In this document: in pieces, positions 1 to 10,904 of the stretch
Position numbering within the stretch: position 1 is the stretch's first letter
How the letters are laid out: every line of letters begins with the position of its first letter
From: Histomonas meleagridis 2922-C6/04-290x
Lineage: Eukaryota > Protista > Parabasalia
Direction of reading: 5' to 3'
DNA: 64,000 nt
NCBI GenBank assembly: GCA_020184695.1
Contig: JAANOX010000033.1
Span: 310,001 to 374,000 of the forward strand
Translations under genes and position numbers: made by a program
Notes under the pieces: generated by a model
The model's database searches: none
What the model saw: the letters and a program-made list of their open reading frames with translations, nothing else
What the model was told of the DNA's origin: nothing

Positions 1-536
1 GAATTGATATTAATGCTCAAGATATTTATATTTATTATTTATAGTTAATTTTATAAATGTTATGTTTCAAAATAATAATTGGTATTTTTTTGTGTTATTT
101 TACTCTGCACTTATATGGGCATCTTTATGTGATGGTGATGACGCAGAAATTGTTAAATTACTTCTTGGATGTAAAGAAATTGATATTAATGCTAAGAACC
201 TTTATTTGTTTTCTTTGAAATTTATTTTAATATTTTGAAATTTTTAGATAATACTTGGAAATTATTTAAATTTTATGAAACACCACTTATTTTGGCTTCA
301 CTAGGTGGTAAAACAAGAATGGTGATATTACTTCTTGAACAAGAAGGAATTGACATTAATGCTAAAGATGTTTATTTATTTTATTTAACATTTATTTTAA
401 TAATTTAAAATTTCAAAATAATATTTGGAAATTATTTAAAATATTTAAAACAGCACTTATGTATGCAACTGATAATGGTCATGAAGAAATTGTCAAATTA
501 ATTAACAGAAAAATTAAATGCTTAAAAGACATATAA
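1..536 (+). CDS. 3' end of an ankyrin-repeat gene (truncated by window edge); every repeat is interrupted by a 77-nt insert, so it is either spliced/recoded or a pseudogene
   Basis: Coding blocks read IDINAQD // YSALIWASLCDGDDAEIVKLLLGCKEIDINAKN // ETPLILASLGGKTRMVILLLEQEGIDINAKD // KTALMYATDNGHEEIVKLINRKIKCLKDI* (TAA 534-536), matching the ankyrin consensus. Each block is shifted -1 relative to the previous one. Confidence 0.8.
24..100 (+). other. 77-nt insert in ankyrin repeat, copy 1 (most diverged)
   Basis: Lies between GAT (21-23) and TAC-TCT-GCA-CTT (101-112); in-frame TAG at 42-44; shares TTTCAAAATAATA.TTGG core with the other copies. Confidence 0.75.
200..276 (+). other. 77-nt insert in ankyrin repeat, copy 2
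   Basis: Lies between AAC (197-199) and GAA-ACA-CCA-CTT (277-288); in-frame TGA at 236-238. Confidence 0.8.
370..446 (+). other. 77-nt insert in ankyrin repeat, copy 3
   Basis: Lies between GAT (367-369) and AAA-ACA-GCA-CTT (447-458); in-frame TAA at 406-408. Confidence 0.8.
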
Positions 537-2170
537 GCTATGAAGTAAAATCAAATAAAATTGATTTCTATTATTTTTTGGATTGAGGAAAAACATAAAT
601 AGAGAAAAAAAATTGAATATTTCACATAATTTAAAGTATTGTAATGACAAAATGAAAATATAACAAAATTCATCAATTTTTTTATGCTTCTATTAAGATT
701 TTATTTTCTTTGTGTGTCTGTTCATGCTTTTAAATTCTTGTTCATATTATGTGTAAGAATCAATTTGTATTCAACATTCATATCAATTTTATATTTCATC
801 AAAGATATGCAATTTTATATTTAATAGATTTTCAGTTATTCACGCAAATAAAGTTTTGATTTTACATATATAAATTTTTATTTATGGTTTAAATTATTAA
901 AATTATAATTGGTAGAAAGCTTTTCACAATGATTATATATTAGCATATTCATATATTTTTATACAAAAAGATATAACATTTTAGGTTTTAAAATATATTA
1001 TTTTTACTAACTTCTAAATTTGATTGAAAAATTTTTCTTCTTTAAAATCTTCTGCAAATCGATCTTCATCATATATATTCAGCAGTTCTTTTTTGAAAAG
1101 AAATAATAACAATAAAAATTCCAAAACATTGGCACAATGTTAAAGTAAGTTCATAATAATTTATATATATATAAAATCAAAGTTTGAAATATGCTTTTTT
1201 TTGTTATAAAAAAGTTTTATAAAAATAAAAAAAAAATTAATAGCATTAAAGAGAATTATTCACTTAATGCAAATGATGCCCACCTGGACGATTTTAGCTT
1301 AAAACCAAGACAAGAAGAATTAATGCTTAAAACTATGCAAATAATGAAAAATCATTAAAAAATGATACACTTGATATTTGGAAATTATACAAATTATAGA
1401 GAGAGCAGTTCCGACGCTAACCGTAAAAAATAAAAATTTAATATCTCATATTATGAGATTAAATAACACAAATTACAAATATGTTAAATGAAAGTCGTCA
1501 TAAGAAATATAAAAAATATAGATTATTATCCATTTTGAGAAAATTGAAATTTTATTAATTTTTTTAAATAAAGAATAATACAAAGTCATGACAATATTTT
1601 CTTTCTCTACATATAAAGGTAAAAACTGTTTAATAATTGAAATTTGGAAATTATTAAAAAGTTTGGAGTTATTTTTCATTTTTTTTAAGAAATACAATTT
1701 AAAATTCTTCAAATTTTTTTTTTATAATTTTATAATTTTATCAAACAAATGCTAGATAATCCATGTTATATGAATAAATAATGATTTATTCTGATAGTTT
1801 TTGAGAAAAAATTGTTTTTATATAGAACATCGTGGTAAAAATAAACGGTCACCAAAACGACAATTGGGGTTCGATGGATCTCTAATTTGAAATTTTGTCT
1901 CATTATTTGCAAAATTCTTTTGGTTATTTCAATTATGCTCCTTTGATTTATTTGTGAGTCCACATAAACAATTGATGAGTAGTATAAAGATATTTATAAA
2001 TTAAGAATTATTTTTATATAAATTTATGGAATTCATAGACAATATTGTTTGAGCTTGGTTGTGCATTGATTGATTGATTTGAAGCTTGCTTAATTGCAAT
2101 TAAATGTTGTTTTCACGATTATAACAGAAAAATGCTGTTCAAATGTATTCAATTTTTTCAGACACTTTTC

Positions 2171-2983
2171 ATGGCATCCAAGAAAGGACTTCTCGCAGAC
2201 TTAACAGGAATTGTTGAAAATGCACATACTCAAGTGAAATTCTATCGCCAGGAAATAGAAAGCAAAAGAAATTTTGTTGAACATTTAACAAAAATTGTTG
2301 AACAAGAAGCGCCTGAATTCAATCAGATAATGACCGAAATTTCTAGCAAGCTCACCAGCTCGCTTGACAATGAAGAAGCTCTTATTAATGCGTACGAAAG
2401 GTTTGCAGAAGATTTTAATGATGTTTCTGCAAGATTCGAAGTTGTTTACCGTTTATCACAAGAAACTTCTGCTTGTAAGCGCCACTTAAAAGAATGCAGA
2501 GCAAAGATAGAAAAAGCCAGATTAGATCTCGAACTTGATGAACAAAAAGGATCACCAAAGAAGATCAAATTACAAGCTGAACTCGAAAAAGCAATTCAAC
2601 AAAAGCGTGAAGCTCTTCAAGATGTCCAAGCAAAGATGGAAGAATTTATCAATGTTAAAGTTCGATATAATAAATTCAAAGTCAGAAGACTTTCACACGC
2701 TTACACATACCTTGCAAAAGTACTTAGGTCCTCTCTTGGTGGTGCTTCAAGTGATTTAGAATCTGTTTTAAGCCTATGTAATCAATCCAGGGAAAACATT
2801 GATTACATTGTTGAAGGTAAAGAGCCTCCAAAACCAGTTGAACCAGAAGAAACTTACAAAGTTCCTGAGGAAGAAGGTGTTCCTCAGTTTGATGATGCAT
2901 CTGTTGACGTTATAGAGGAAGAATTTGCTCAACCAACATTTGTGCAAAATGATGCTCCTTTTGCAGTGCCAAACTTTGATTAA
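2171..2983 (+). CDS. BAR-domain-like helical/coiled-coil protein with acidic Phe/Pro-rich tail
   Basis: ORF 2132-2983; MASKKG (ATG 2171) follows Inr-like TCA motifs and is the likelier start. Long amphipathic helices resemble SNX-BAR/FAM92-type proteins. Stop is TAA-A. Confidence 0.55.
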   Translation: MASKKGLLADLTGIVENAHTQVKFYRQEIESKRNFVEHLTKIVEQEAPEFNQIMTEISSKLTSSLDNEEALINAYERFAEDFNDVSARFEVVYRLSQETSACKRHLKECRAKIEKARLDLELDEQKGSPKKIKLQAELEKAIQQKREALQDVQAKMEEFINVKVRYNKFKVRRLSHAYTYLAKVLRSSLGGASSDLESVLSLCNQSRENIDYIVEGKEPPKPVEPEETYKVPEEEGVPQFDDASVDVIEEEFAQPTFVQNDAPFAVPNFD

Positions 2984-3128
2984 ACACAATGATATGTACT
3001 TTTATGTTTGAAGATTTTATAGCTGGAATTGACTATGTCAGATAATTTTCACAAGCGGTTAATTCTTTGAATAAAAGTGTAAATAATAAACAACTCAAAC
3101 CAAGGTATGTAAAGTATAGAATCGCCAA

Positions 3129-3368
3129 ATGGGCAATTGTTGCTCAACCAACACAACAAACTTCGATATTGGAGAAGAAAAAATCCCATCCAATATGGAT
3201 CATGGTAGCGTCTTTCAAGTTCCAACTTCTACACCGCTATTAGAAAATATTAACTTCGAGCTGACGAAAGAAAATGCTGAAGATGATACAAGTGATTCAT
3301 CATCATCAATTGATGATTCTGAAATCGAAAGGCTAATTGCAGAAGAAGACGAAAGCGATTCCAATTGA
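3129..3368 (+). CDS. Small acidic protein with N-terminal myristoylation/palmitoylation signal
   Basis: 79 aa starting MGNCCS (Gly2, Cys-Cys, Ser6); Asp/Glu/Ser-rich C-terminus. Confidence 0.65.
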   Translation: MGNCCSTNTTNFDIGEEKIPSNMDHGSVFQVPTSTPLLENINFELTKENAEDDTSDSSSSIDDSEIERLIAEEDESDSN

Positions 3369-3544
3369 TTTTTTTATACATATGTATTTTTATAACACAA
3401 ATAAATTTTTTTTAATATTTTTTCTATTATTCAACTGTAGCTTCTTTTGGTTAAGGTTTTTAGTGTTATGAGAGTTATATTTTTTTTATGAATTTTTCTT
3501 GGATACAACAGCGAAGATAGCACTTTTTTCATTTGCCAGATTTC

Positions 3545-3552
3545 AACGGTTT
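3545..3552 (+). promoter_or_regulatory. M3-like (Myb-recognition) core promoter element of the USP gene
   Basis: AACGGTTT fits the Trichomonas M3 consensus HRCSGTTD, about 25-30 nt upstream of ATG 3576. Confidence 0.5.
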
Positions 3553-3575
3553 TCCGATTTTTTGGGAGTTAATAA

Positions 3576-6500
3576 ATGGAAAACACCGAAGAAAATACCA
3601 CCAACGAGAAGGATATTCAAACACAAATTCAAGAACTTTCTGATGCAGCAATGGATGCAACATTAAAATATGATTATGCAAAAGGAATGGAATTAATCCA
3701 AAATGCATTTGATTTAGCAGAAAACTTACCAGAAGAAATCGTAAAAGTAATTCCCAGATATTCTCTATTAGTATATCTTAAAAATTCTAATGATGATAAA
3801 GCACTTTCGAAATTTATGACAACATTTTTTAAGAAAGAAAATGGGAAAGAACTTTGGAACGAATCAGTTAAGTATTTAATTCCTGATTTAGTTGAAAAAT
3901 TCAAAAAATTAGCATATCACATCAAACCTATTTTCTTTACTACGTTTAATCCATTTCCAGGATTCATCACCTATCTTAAGACCGAAGAAAATGTTGATTT
4001 TGATCTTGTTCTACGGATGTTAGAAATTGCTAATTTATCAAAAGGCGAAATTAAAAGTTCAATTCTTTCAGATTTAGGGATTTCAGCGTTTATAAATGTT
4101 CAAACGAAAATTGACAAAATGGAGCCATCAGAATTACGAACCATAGATGAAAAGAAACTTCGAGATTTTATCAAATTAGTTCGAGCATTTGCCAAACATA
4201 GTGATCTTAAACTTGTTAATCAATTTGAGTATACAATTGCGTTACGATTTTCTGTATCAGAGTTTCTATCCAAAGAATATGATGGCTTAGTGCGAATTAA
4301 TTCCAACAAAACATTTTCTTCGCAACTAATTTCTGATATTCAAAAGTATAAAGTTGTTGAACATATTTTAGATAATATGCATCGTGACTTAGTACATAAT
4401 TTTGTTGAAATGTTATGTAAATTATGGAATGCAGGGGAATATAATGTAACAGTATTAGAGAAGTTTTGGAATTTATCGATATCACAACATTCACAAGAAA
4501 TAAACAAATTCTTTGATGAATGGCCGAAGTTAATTAATACAATTCCAAAGAACAAAATCAATGATTTTTGGGGAATTGTAAAGAACACAAATTCATATCC
4601 ATTACCTGTTTTAAAGTTATTAGAACGAATCCATGGGAAATGTGATAAAGAATCTATGCAAGAAATCTCATTAAAGTTATGGGAATCAGCAATAACAAGT
4701 AATGACAAGATACAATATGTTCCTTCTATTATAGTATATTCACAACAATCACAAGAATCAATTATTGGACTAATTGATAAATGTTTTGGATTAATCGAAA
4801 ACAAAAATGAAAATGATTCGAAGTTTTCGATTTTAATATTATCTAAAATATGGAAATCATTTAATGAAGAAAAGTCACGAAAACAATTTGATAGTTTATT
4901 AGAGAATTGTAAAGTTTCAAAAGAAGATATGCAATTATTGTTTGACTTAATAATTAAGGTTTCTGATTCTATAACACCACCATTAAATGAGAATGAATTA
5001 ATTTTAATTCGGAACTTAATAGAACCTTTATTTGGTATAAGTAATACACTCATTTCAATGTTTTATGATAAAATGATTGGAATTAAAAAAGGAAAACTAT
5101 TTCCTAAAGAAGAATTAGAATATATTATTCAATGGTTATCTGATAAGCCAAATATTGACTCGATATTATTTAAATTTATTACAAACATATTTTATAAAAT
5201 TAATAATATTAGTAATGAATCAACAATACCTAATTTAGATTTAATTGGATTTAATTCTATTTGGAATTTAATGTTAAAAACAAATTTACCTGAAATTTCA
5301 TCATTTATTGTTGACTTATTAATACGTTGTGAAAACACATTATCTATTAAACAATTTATCGAAAAATGTATACCAAATATAGAAACATTTGGTGTATTAA
5401 ATTTATTAATTCTTTTAATATCTAAAGTTGAAGATTCATTAGATTTAAATACTTATAATATTACTCGTAACTTATATATACCCGATAATTTATATATTAA
5501 TATTAATTTACAAGGTGATTATAATGATAAAATTAAAGTTGTAAGTAATATTACTGTACCTGTATTTCGTACATATGTATCAAGGAAATGTAATGTCGAA
5601 GAAAATAAATTAGATTTATTAATTGATGGACAAAAATTAACTAATAAACATAAGTTTGTTAATGATGAAACAATTAGTGTATATGTAAAAATGTTTGCTT
5701 CACCTCCTCGAACTATAATTAAGTCGGAATTACCTTCACAAATCATTAAGAACTCAAAAGCATATTCTAAATTATTTAAAATGATTGATGTTGGACCTGA
5801 TAAAACTTATTTACCTGAATATGCATTAAATTTATTAAATTATTTGGAAACTGCTGAAAATGAAAAACTTAATAATGATTCAGATTGGGAAACTTTATTA
5901 ACATTAGAAAAACCTTATTTATTAATGTATCGATTAAATTATTTAGCTAAATTAATATCAGCTAAAACTAGTTCGTTTTTAAACACATTTTGTAAAAATA
6001 ATGGATATAAACAATTATTATTAATAATCGAAAACATTAATTATGATATGTTTTATCATAAAAATTATTATAATTTAATATTTTCAATTTTGACAATTAT
6101 TATAACGAAATCTTCACAAGAAAATAAAAATTCAACTTATGAAAGTATTGATATTAATAAATTAATTGAAGCAATAATGAAACATATTATCGAAATTATT
6201 AGTCAAAAATCAAATAATCAAATTAATACTTTAACAAGTTTATTGACATTAATACTTGATATAACTAAAATGGATCAAAACGCAATTTTATCACAAGACT
6301 TATTCCAAGAATTCTTCGAGAAGTTATTATTTAGTGATATATTATCAGCACGAATTGGAATTTCAAAGATTTTATATATAATTGAACCTAAACAGATCGA
6401 AAATATTATAATTAATAATATTAAAAAGGCAACAAAAGGAAATTGTTTTGAATATTTCAAAATTTTAATTTCGATCTCTAAAAATTATGATAAACCATTA

Positions 6501-9500
6501 GAATTATATAATTTATTAATGAACTTTTTAAAGGATAACTTTATAATTTATACTGAAAAGTCTAAATTAAGTTGTGAAGATGATGAAGATTATAAAGAAT
6601 TACAAAGTTCTGTTAATGAATTATGTGGCGATTTAGTTGATTTATCATTTTTAACAGGTATTATTGATGTATTAATATTATTATTACAAAGGATTCAAGA
6701 ACCAATTCCTAATATTAAACAACATACATTATTTGTTATAGAACATATTGCATTTAATGTTAATCGATTTGTTTCACCACCGAAAACAGTTTATATTTTA
6801 TTAAAAGAATTATTAAATAAGAAGCCGAAACTAATAAATAAATTAATAAAAATATTAAATGAATTACAAAACATTGCTGATTTTAATATGAAGCCTCATT
6901 ATTCTTCAACATTTACATCTCTTAAACAAACAAAAGGTATACAAAATATGGGATTTACATGTTATTTAAACTCATCATTACAACAAATATTTCGAATTGA
7001 AAATATACGAAATTCGATTTTATCTTATAAACCTTCTGATGATATCGATATTAAACATAATTGGTTAACACAATTACAATTATTATTTGCTAAATTAATA
7101 TATTCACCTGTTACTGCTATTGATGCATCACCATTTGTTACTAATATGAATAGTTGGGATGGTAAACCTATAAATCCACATGAACAACAAGATGCAGTTG
7201 AGTTTATTCAAATGCTTTTAGATAAAATTGATGAAAGTTTAGAATCGAAACCTGTAACAGAATCTGTTAAAGGTATTATATTACATAAAGTTTGTGGTAT
7301 AGGTATAGATTTCGAATCTAATTCGGAAGAATTATTTTCAACATTTCCATTAGAAATTAAAGGAAAGAAAAATTTGGAAGAATCATATTCAACTGTTTTA
7401 ATTCCAGACACATTTTCTGATTATAAAGCTAATGATGAATTAGGTTATATAGATGTGAATAGTTTTTCATCAATTAAAAAAGCACCAACGAATTTAATAT
7501 TCCAATTAAAACGATTTGATTTTGATTTAGCGACGTTACAAAGACAAAAAATTAATTCATATTATGAATTTACATTTGAAACTGATATTTCTGTAATGTT
7601 AACAGATAATACTAAACCATTAATATATGAACTATGTGGTATCGTAATGCATAGTGGTACTGCTAATGGAGGACATTATTTCAGTTATGTTAAAAATGAA
7701 ATTACTAATGAATGGGTATGTTGTAATGATTCTAATGTCTCCAAATTAAACATTAAAAATATTATAAAAGATTCCGTTGGTGGTATTATAAATACAAGTG
7801 AATATGATAAAAACAAAAAAGTTTGGGTCATAAAACAAAAAGAAAATTCACAATCAGCTTACTTATTAATTTATAAACAAAAAGATCGAAAATTACCAAA
7901 CACTGAAATTGAACCTATTACATTAATGCCATCGATAATGTTAAAGACATTTTTAGATGAACAAAAGGTATTAATTCTAAGTAATTTATTTGATCCAAGT
8001 TATATTTCATTTATACAAGAAATTACTAAGAGTTTAAAGGATGAAAACATTTATCAATTCTTATTTGATTTCATATTTATGTTATTTGTAAGTGATAATT
8101 ATATTATTAATGATATTTCATATAAATTTATTCAAGAAAAAATCCAAGAAGATGAAGATTTTGCTGAATTCTTTTTATCACATGATAAACAAATTATTAA
8201 TTTATTAATTAAAAAAGAATTAAATGCACGAAATAATTGCTTAAAAATATTAATTCCAACGATTAAAAAACTAAACAAGAAAAGTGAGAAATTTATCGAA
8301 AAAATTTTAGATAATAAAACAGAAATATTAAAACATTATATGAAATTTGATCAAATATTTAAACCGATTTATATTTATATAACAAATGTTGATCATGATC
8401 GAAATGATATTCTTGAATGGATGTTTTCATTTTTAGATGAATTATTAAATGTTATACCTAAAGATAAATTAGATACTACATTAACCAAAATTAATTTATC
8501 ACATTTATTTAAGATCATTTTATATTTAATTGATAAGTTAAATAAAGGTGATAAATATAAAGAGAAAATATTTGAACCGGAATTTATTAATCATTGGTTT
8601 ATATCACCATTTCATACATTTGATTTTGCTTCATTAATGACATACTTTATGAAAGATAATCAAGAATTAACAAACAATTATTATAATTATTTATTAGAAA
8701 CTAAAGAAAAGAATTCAACTTCAATGTTAGCGGCTAATTTTGCAAATGTTTTATCATTTAAAGATACTTTAAGTACTTCAAGAGTTAAATGGTTCTTCGA
8801 AAATATGATTGATGAGAAATCCGAAGGTTATAATTGTTCTCAATTAATAAAATCGATAACAACTAATTTGCAATCACGTAAATCAGAATATTCTTGTGAA
8901 ATCGCACTCGAAACTTCTGATTTATGGTTTGATAAATGGTTATTTAATAATGATAGTGTTATTCGTACTTCTTTCGAAGATTTTGTTTATTCATTATTCC
9001 CTAATTATCCAAAGTTTGTTCAAACTTATGGTAAACCTTTTGTATTACCTAAAGCAGAACCACCGAAAGGAACAGAAGAAGAACAAAAGCAAATAAAAGT
9101 TCTTTTTAATTTATTAATTAAATCAAATCAAAAATTAATTTCTCAATGTAAAACTGCGTCAACGATTTTGATAAACAAAAAAGCATTTGAAATGCATTTA
9201 GCAAGTGATACATATTTTAATGTGTTAAGTTGGGTTGTTTATTATGGTAAACTCCAAACAGAAATCATTAAAAACAAAAATCTTTTCATAAGTTATATCA
9301 ATGAATTTTCTAAATTGAAGAACGACTTAAAGTCCGCAGTAACAAGTGAATTAAAGTTCTTAAAGTTATTTGATTTCGAAGGATTTTTCGATAATAAAAC
9401 ACTTTCGACATTTATAACAGCATTAAATCGTTTACCAAATGAAAACTCATTCCATTATTGTTCGTTTATTGCAACGCAATTATTCCCATTAATAAAAACA

Positions 9501-10697
9501 TTAAATGAAACTAATGCAAAATCAATTTCGAAATCGCCGATCTTAAGTTGTGCAATCGAAAGTATTGTACAAGATATACCAGAGCCATTAGAGCGAATAA
9601 TATTAATGGTAAGTAAAGTATCTATAGGAGTTACAGTAACACTATTCACAAGTCGAATTTTCATTAATATGTTAAACAATGTGAACATAGAATATATAAA
9701 TTTGTTAATAAAAATGTTCAAATTAAACAACAAAAATTATTTCGATATATTTAAGATGCAATGTTTAGAAATTTTAATTGATACAATTAAGAAACAAACC
9801 AAAAATTCGACAAATCAAAATATGTTATTAGAAGAATATATAAAACTTCTTTCTGAGTTTGTTAATACGTATATTTTATATTACAAAGATAAAACTTCGA
9901 TTTTCTCGAATCCAATTCAATCATTATTAAATTATTGGAAAAATGATTTCGATTTCATATTAACTATTGATAACTTAATCTTTAAATCGACAAATAATTC
10001 GAACTTAACAATGTATTTAATTTCATTCCTTAAAAACGTTTTAACTTATGATAAAACAGTTTTAGCTAAAACAAATGTTTTATTAAAAAAGCCGGACGAT
10101 TTCTATATGAAAATCAACGAAAATTATCGAGCTGATTATGCTTTATTAATATTAAAGTTATCGAATAATATGAAACTAAATCAACAAGAAGATTTATACT
10201 TAAAAGATTTAACAAGTATTGCAAAGTTTGGTATTGTCGATAATAAATTGTTCTCTATATATTTATACGCATTAAAGAATTTTGAAAATAAGGCAAAAAA
10301 TATTAATGGAGAAAAAACTTTGGAAATATTTAAACAATATTTCCAAAACGTAAACGATTTATACGATTTGATATCAGTGGAATATCCAATGGTTTTGGCT
10401 AAGAAACTAAATAATAATGAGTTTTGTGAGTTTATCGTGAATAAGTTTAAGGAAATCGCGAAAAATTATTTCGCTGATTTGGAATTAAATGAACATTTAG
10501 AAAATGAGAAAATTGAGAAAATTGAACAAAATATTTCTGCAACTAAAAAAGTTTTGGAAATTTTGGGAAATGAAGTAAAAATTGAAGTGGAAACTAAGAA
10601 AATTGAAGAATTGTTACAGTTCTTCGATACATTAAATAAAGATAAGAAAGAAACAGTTTTGGAGGAGATTCAAATTATTAAGAATCATTTAGCATAA
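3576..10697 (+). CDS. Large ubiquitin carboxyl-terminal hydrolase, peptidase C19 (USP9/24/34-like)
   Basis: 2373 aa. Cys box GIQNMGFTCYLNSSLQQ, HEQQDAVEF, QLKRFDFD, His box IVMHSGTANGGHYFSY, WVCCNDSNV. Probable ubiquitin-like segment upstream; helical flanks. Confidence 0.92.
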   Translation: MENTEENTTNEKDIQTQIQELSDAAMDATLKYDYAKGMELIQNAFDLAENLPEEIVKVIPRYSLLVYLKNSNDDKALSKFMTTFFKKENGKELWNESVKYLIPDLVEKFKKLAYHIKPIFFTTFNPFPGFITYLKTEENVDFDLVLRMLEIANLSKGEIKSSILSDLGISAFINVQTKIDKMEPSELRTIDEKKLRDFIKLVRAFAKHSDLKLVNQFEYTIALRFSVSEFLSKEYDGLVRINSNKTFSSQLISDIQKYKVVEHILDNMHRDLVHNFVEMLCKLWNAGEYNVTVLEKFWNLSISQHSQEINKFFDEWPKLINTIPKNKINDFWGIVKNTNSYPLPVLKLLERIHGKCDKESMQEISLKLWESAITSNDKIQYVPSIIVYSQQSQESIIGLIDKCFGLIENKNENDSKFSILILSKIWKSFNEEKSRKQFDSLLENCKVSKEDMQLLFDLIIKVSDSITPPLNENELILIRNLIEPLFGISNTLISMFYDKMIGIKKGKLFPKEELEYIIQWLSDKPNIDSILFKFITNIFYKINNISNESTIPNLDLIGFNSIWNLMLKTNLPEISSFIVDLLIRCENTLSIKQFIEKCIPNIETFGVLNLLILLISKVEDSLDLNTYNITRNLYIPDNLYININLQGDYNDKIKVVSNITVPVFRTYVSRKCNVEENKLDLLIDGQKLTNKHKFVNDETISVYVKMFASPPRTIIKSELPSQIIKNSKAYSKLFKMIDVGPDKTYLPEYALNLLNYLETAENEKLNNDSDWETLLTLEKPYLLMYRLNYLAKLISAKTSSFLNTFCKNNGYKQLLLIIENINYDMFYHKNYYNLIFSILTIIITKSSQENKNSTYESIDINKLIEAIMKHIIEIISQKSNNQINTLTSLLTLILDITKMDQNAILSQDLFQEFFEKLLFSDILSARIGISKILYIIEPKQIENIIINNIKKATKGNCFEYFKILISISKNYDKPLELYNLLMNFLKDNFIIYTEKSKLSCEDDEDYKELQSSVNELCGDLVDLSFLTGIIDVLILLLQRIQEPIPNIKQHTLFVIEHIAFNVNRFVSPPKTVYILLKELLNKKPKLINKLIKILNELQNIADFNMKPHYSSTFTSLKQTKGIQNMGFTCYLNSSLQQIFRIENIRNSILSYKPSDDIDIKHNWLTQLQLLFAKLIYSPVTAIDASPFVTNMNSWDGKPINPHEQQDAVEFIQMLLDKIDESLESKPVTESVKGIILHKVCGIGIDFESNSEELFSTFPLEIKGKKNLEESYSTVLIPDTFSDYKANDELGYIDVNSFSSIKKAPTNLIFQLKRFDFDLATLQRQKINSYYEFTFETDISVMLTDNTKPLIYELCGIVMHSGTANGGHYFSYVKNEITNEWVCCNDSNVSKLNIKNIIKDSVGGIINTSEYDKNKKVWVIKQKENSQSAYLLIYKQKDRKLPNTEIEPITLMPSIMLKTFLDEQKVLILSNLFDPSYISFIQEITKSLKDENIYQFLFDFIFMLFVSDNYIINDISYKFIQEKIQEDEDFAEFFLSHDKQIINLLIKKELNARNNCLKILIPTIKKLNKKSEKFIEKILDNKTEILKHYMKFDQIFKPIYIYITNVDHDRNDILEWMFSFLDELLNVIPKDKLDTTLTKINLSHLFKIILYLIDKLNKGDKYKEKIFEPEFINHWFISPFHTFDFASLMTYFMKDNQELTNNYYNYLLETKEKNSTSMLAANFANVLSFKDTLSTSRVKWFFENMIDEKSEGYNCSQLIKSITTNLQSRKSEYSCEIALETSDLWFDKWLFNNDSVIRTSFEDFVYSLFPNYPKFVQTYGKPFVLPKAEPPKGTEEEQKQIKVLFNLLIKSNQKLISQCKTASTILINKKAFEMHLASDTYFNVLSWVVYYGKLQTEIIKNKNLFISYINEFSKLKNDLKSAVTSELKFLKLFDFEGFFDNKTLSTFITALNRLPNENSFHYCSFIATQLFPLIKTLNETNAKSISKSPILSCAIESIVQDIPEPLERIILMVSKVSIGVTVTLFTSRIFINMLNNVNIEYINLLIKMFKLNNKNYFDIFKMQCLEILIDTIKKQTKNSTNQNMLLEEYIKLLSEFVNTYILYYKDKTSIFSNPIQSLLNYWKNDFDFILTIDNLIFKSTNNSNLTMYLISFLKNVLTYDKTVLAKTNVLLKKPDDFYMKINENYRADYALLILKLSNNMKLNQQEDLYLKDLTSIAKFGIVDNKLFSIYLYALKNFENKAKNINGEKTLEIFKQYFQNVNDLYDLISVEYPMVLAKKLNNNEFCEFIVNKFKEIAKNYFADLELNEHLENEKIEKIEQNISATKKVLEILGNEVKIEVETKKIEELLQFFDTLNKDKKETVLEEIQIIKNHLA

Positions 10698-10698
10698 A
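10695..10698 (+). terminator. TAA stop doubling as the trichomonad TAAA polyadenylation signal (one example of a window-wide pattern)
   Basis: TAA-A also ends the genes stopping at 2983, 37293 and 49208 (+) and 10905, 14688, 16339, 30896, 53206 and 57462 (-). UAAA overlapping the stop is the described Trichomonas poly(A) signal. Confidence 0.6.
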
Positions 10699-10904
10699 TA
10701 AACTAAATGAATAGGAAAATATTTTTTTTTTAATATTTTTAAGTTTTGTGGTGATTTTCTTCCAATAAAAGTAACCACTTGATAAAGTTTTCATTTTCAT
10801 TATGAAAATGCATTACAAAACTGTTTTAATTTTAATTATATAACATTTAAAATATTAATAAAATTATTGTTTTTTCAAATTATTAAATATTGAGAATAAT
10901 AAAT

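Noticed and set aside
370-453. Conventional GT...AG intron in ankyrin insert copy 3
   Set aside because: Removal gives the wrong frame, no ACTAAC branch motif, and the other copies do not start with GT.
1473-1963. Short ORFs in AT-rich intergenic DNA (also 14163-14414, 22517-22723, 24686-24982)
   Set aside because: Low-complexity Ile/Phe/Lys/Asn composition, non-ATG starts, no motifs.
4340-5053. 237-aa antisense ORF inside the USP gene (and other antisense ORFs in USP, BspA, DPD, DOCK)
   Set aside because: Shadow ORFs caused by codon bias on the coding strand; no motifs.
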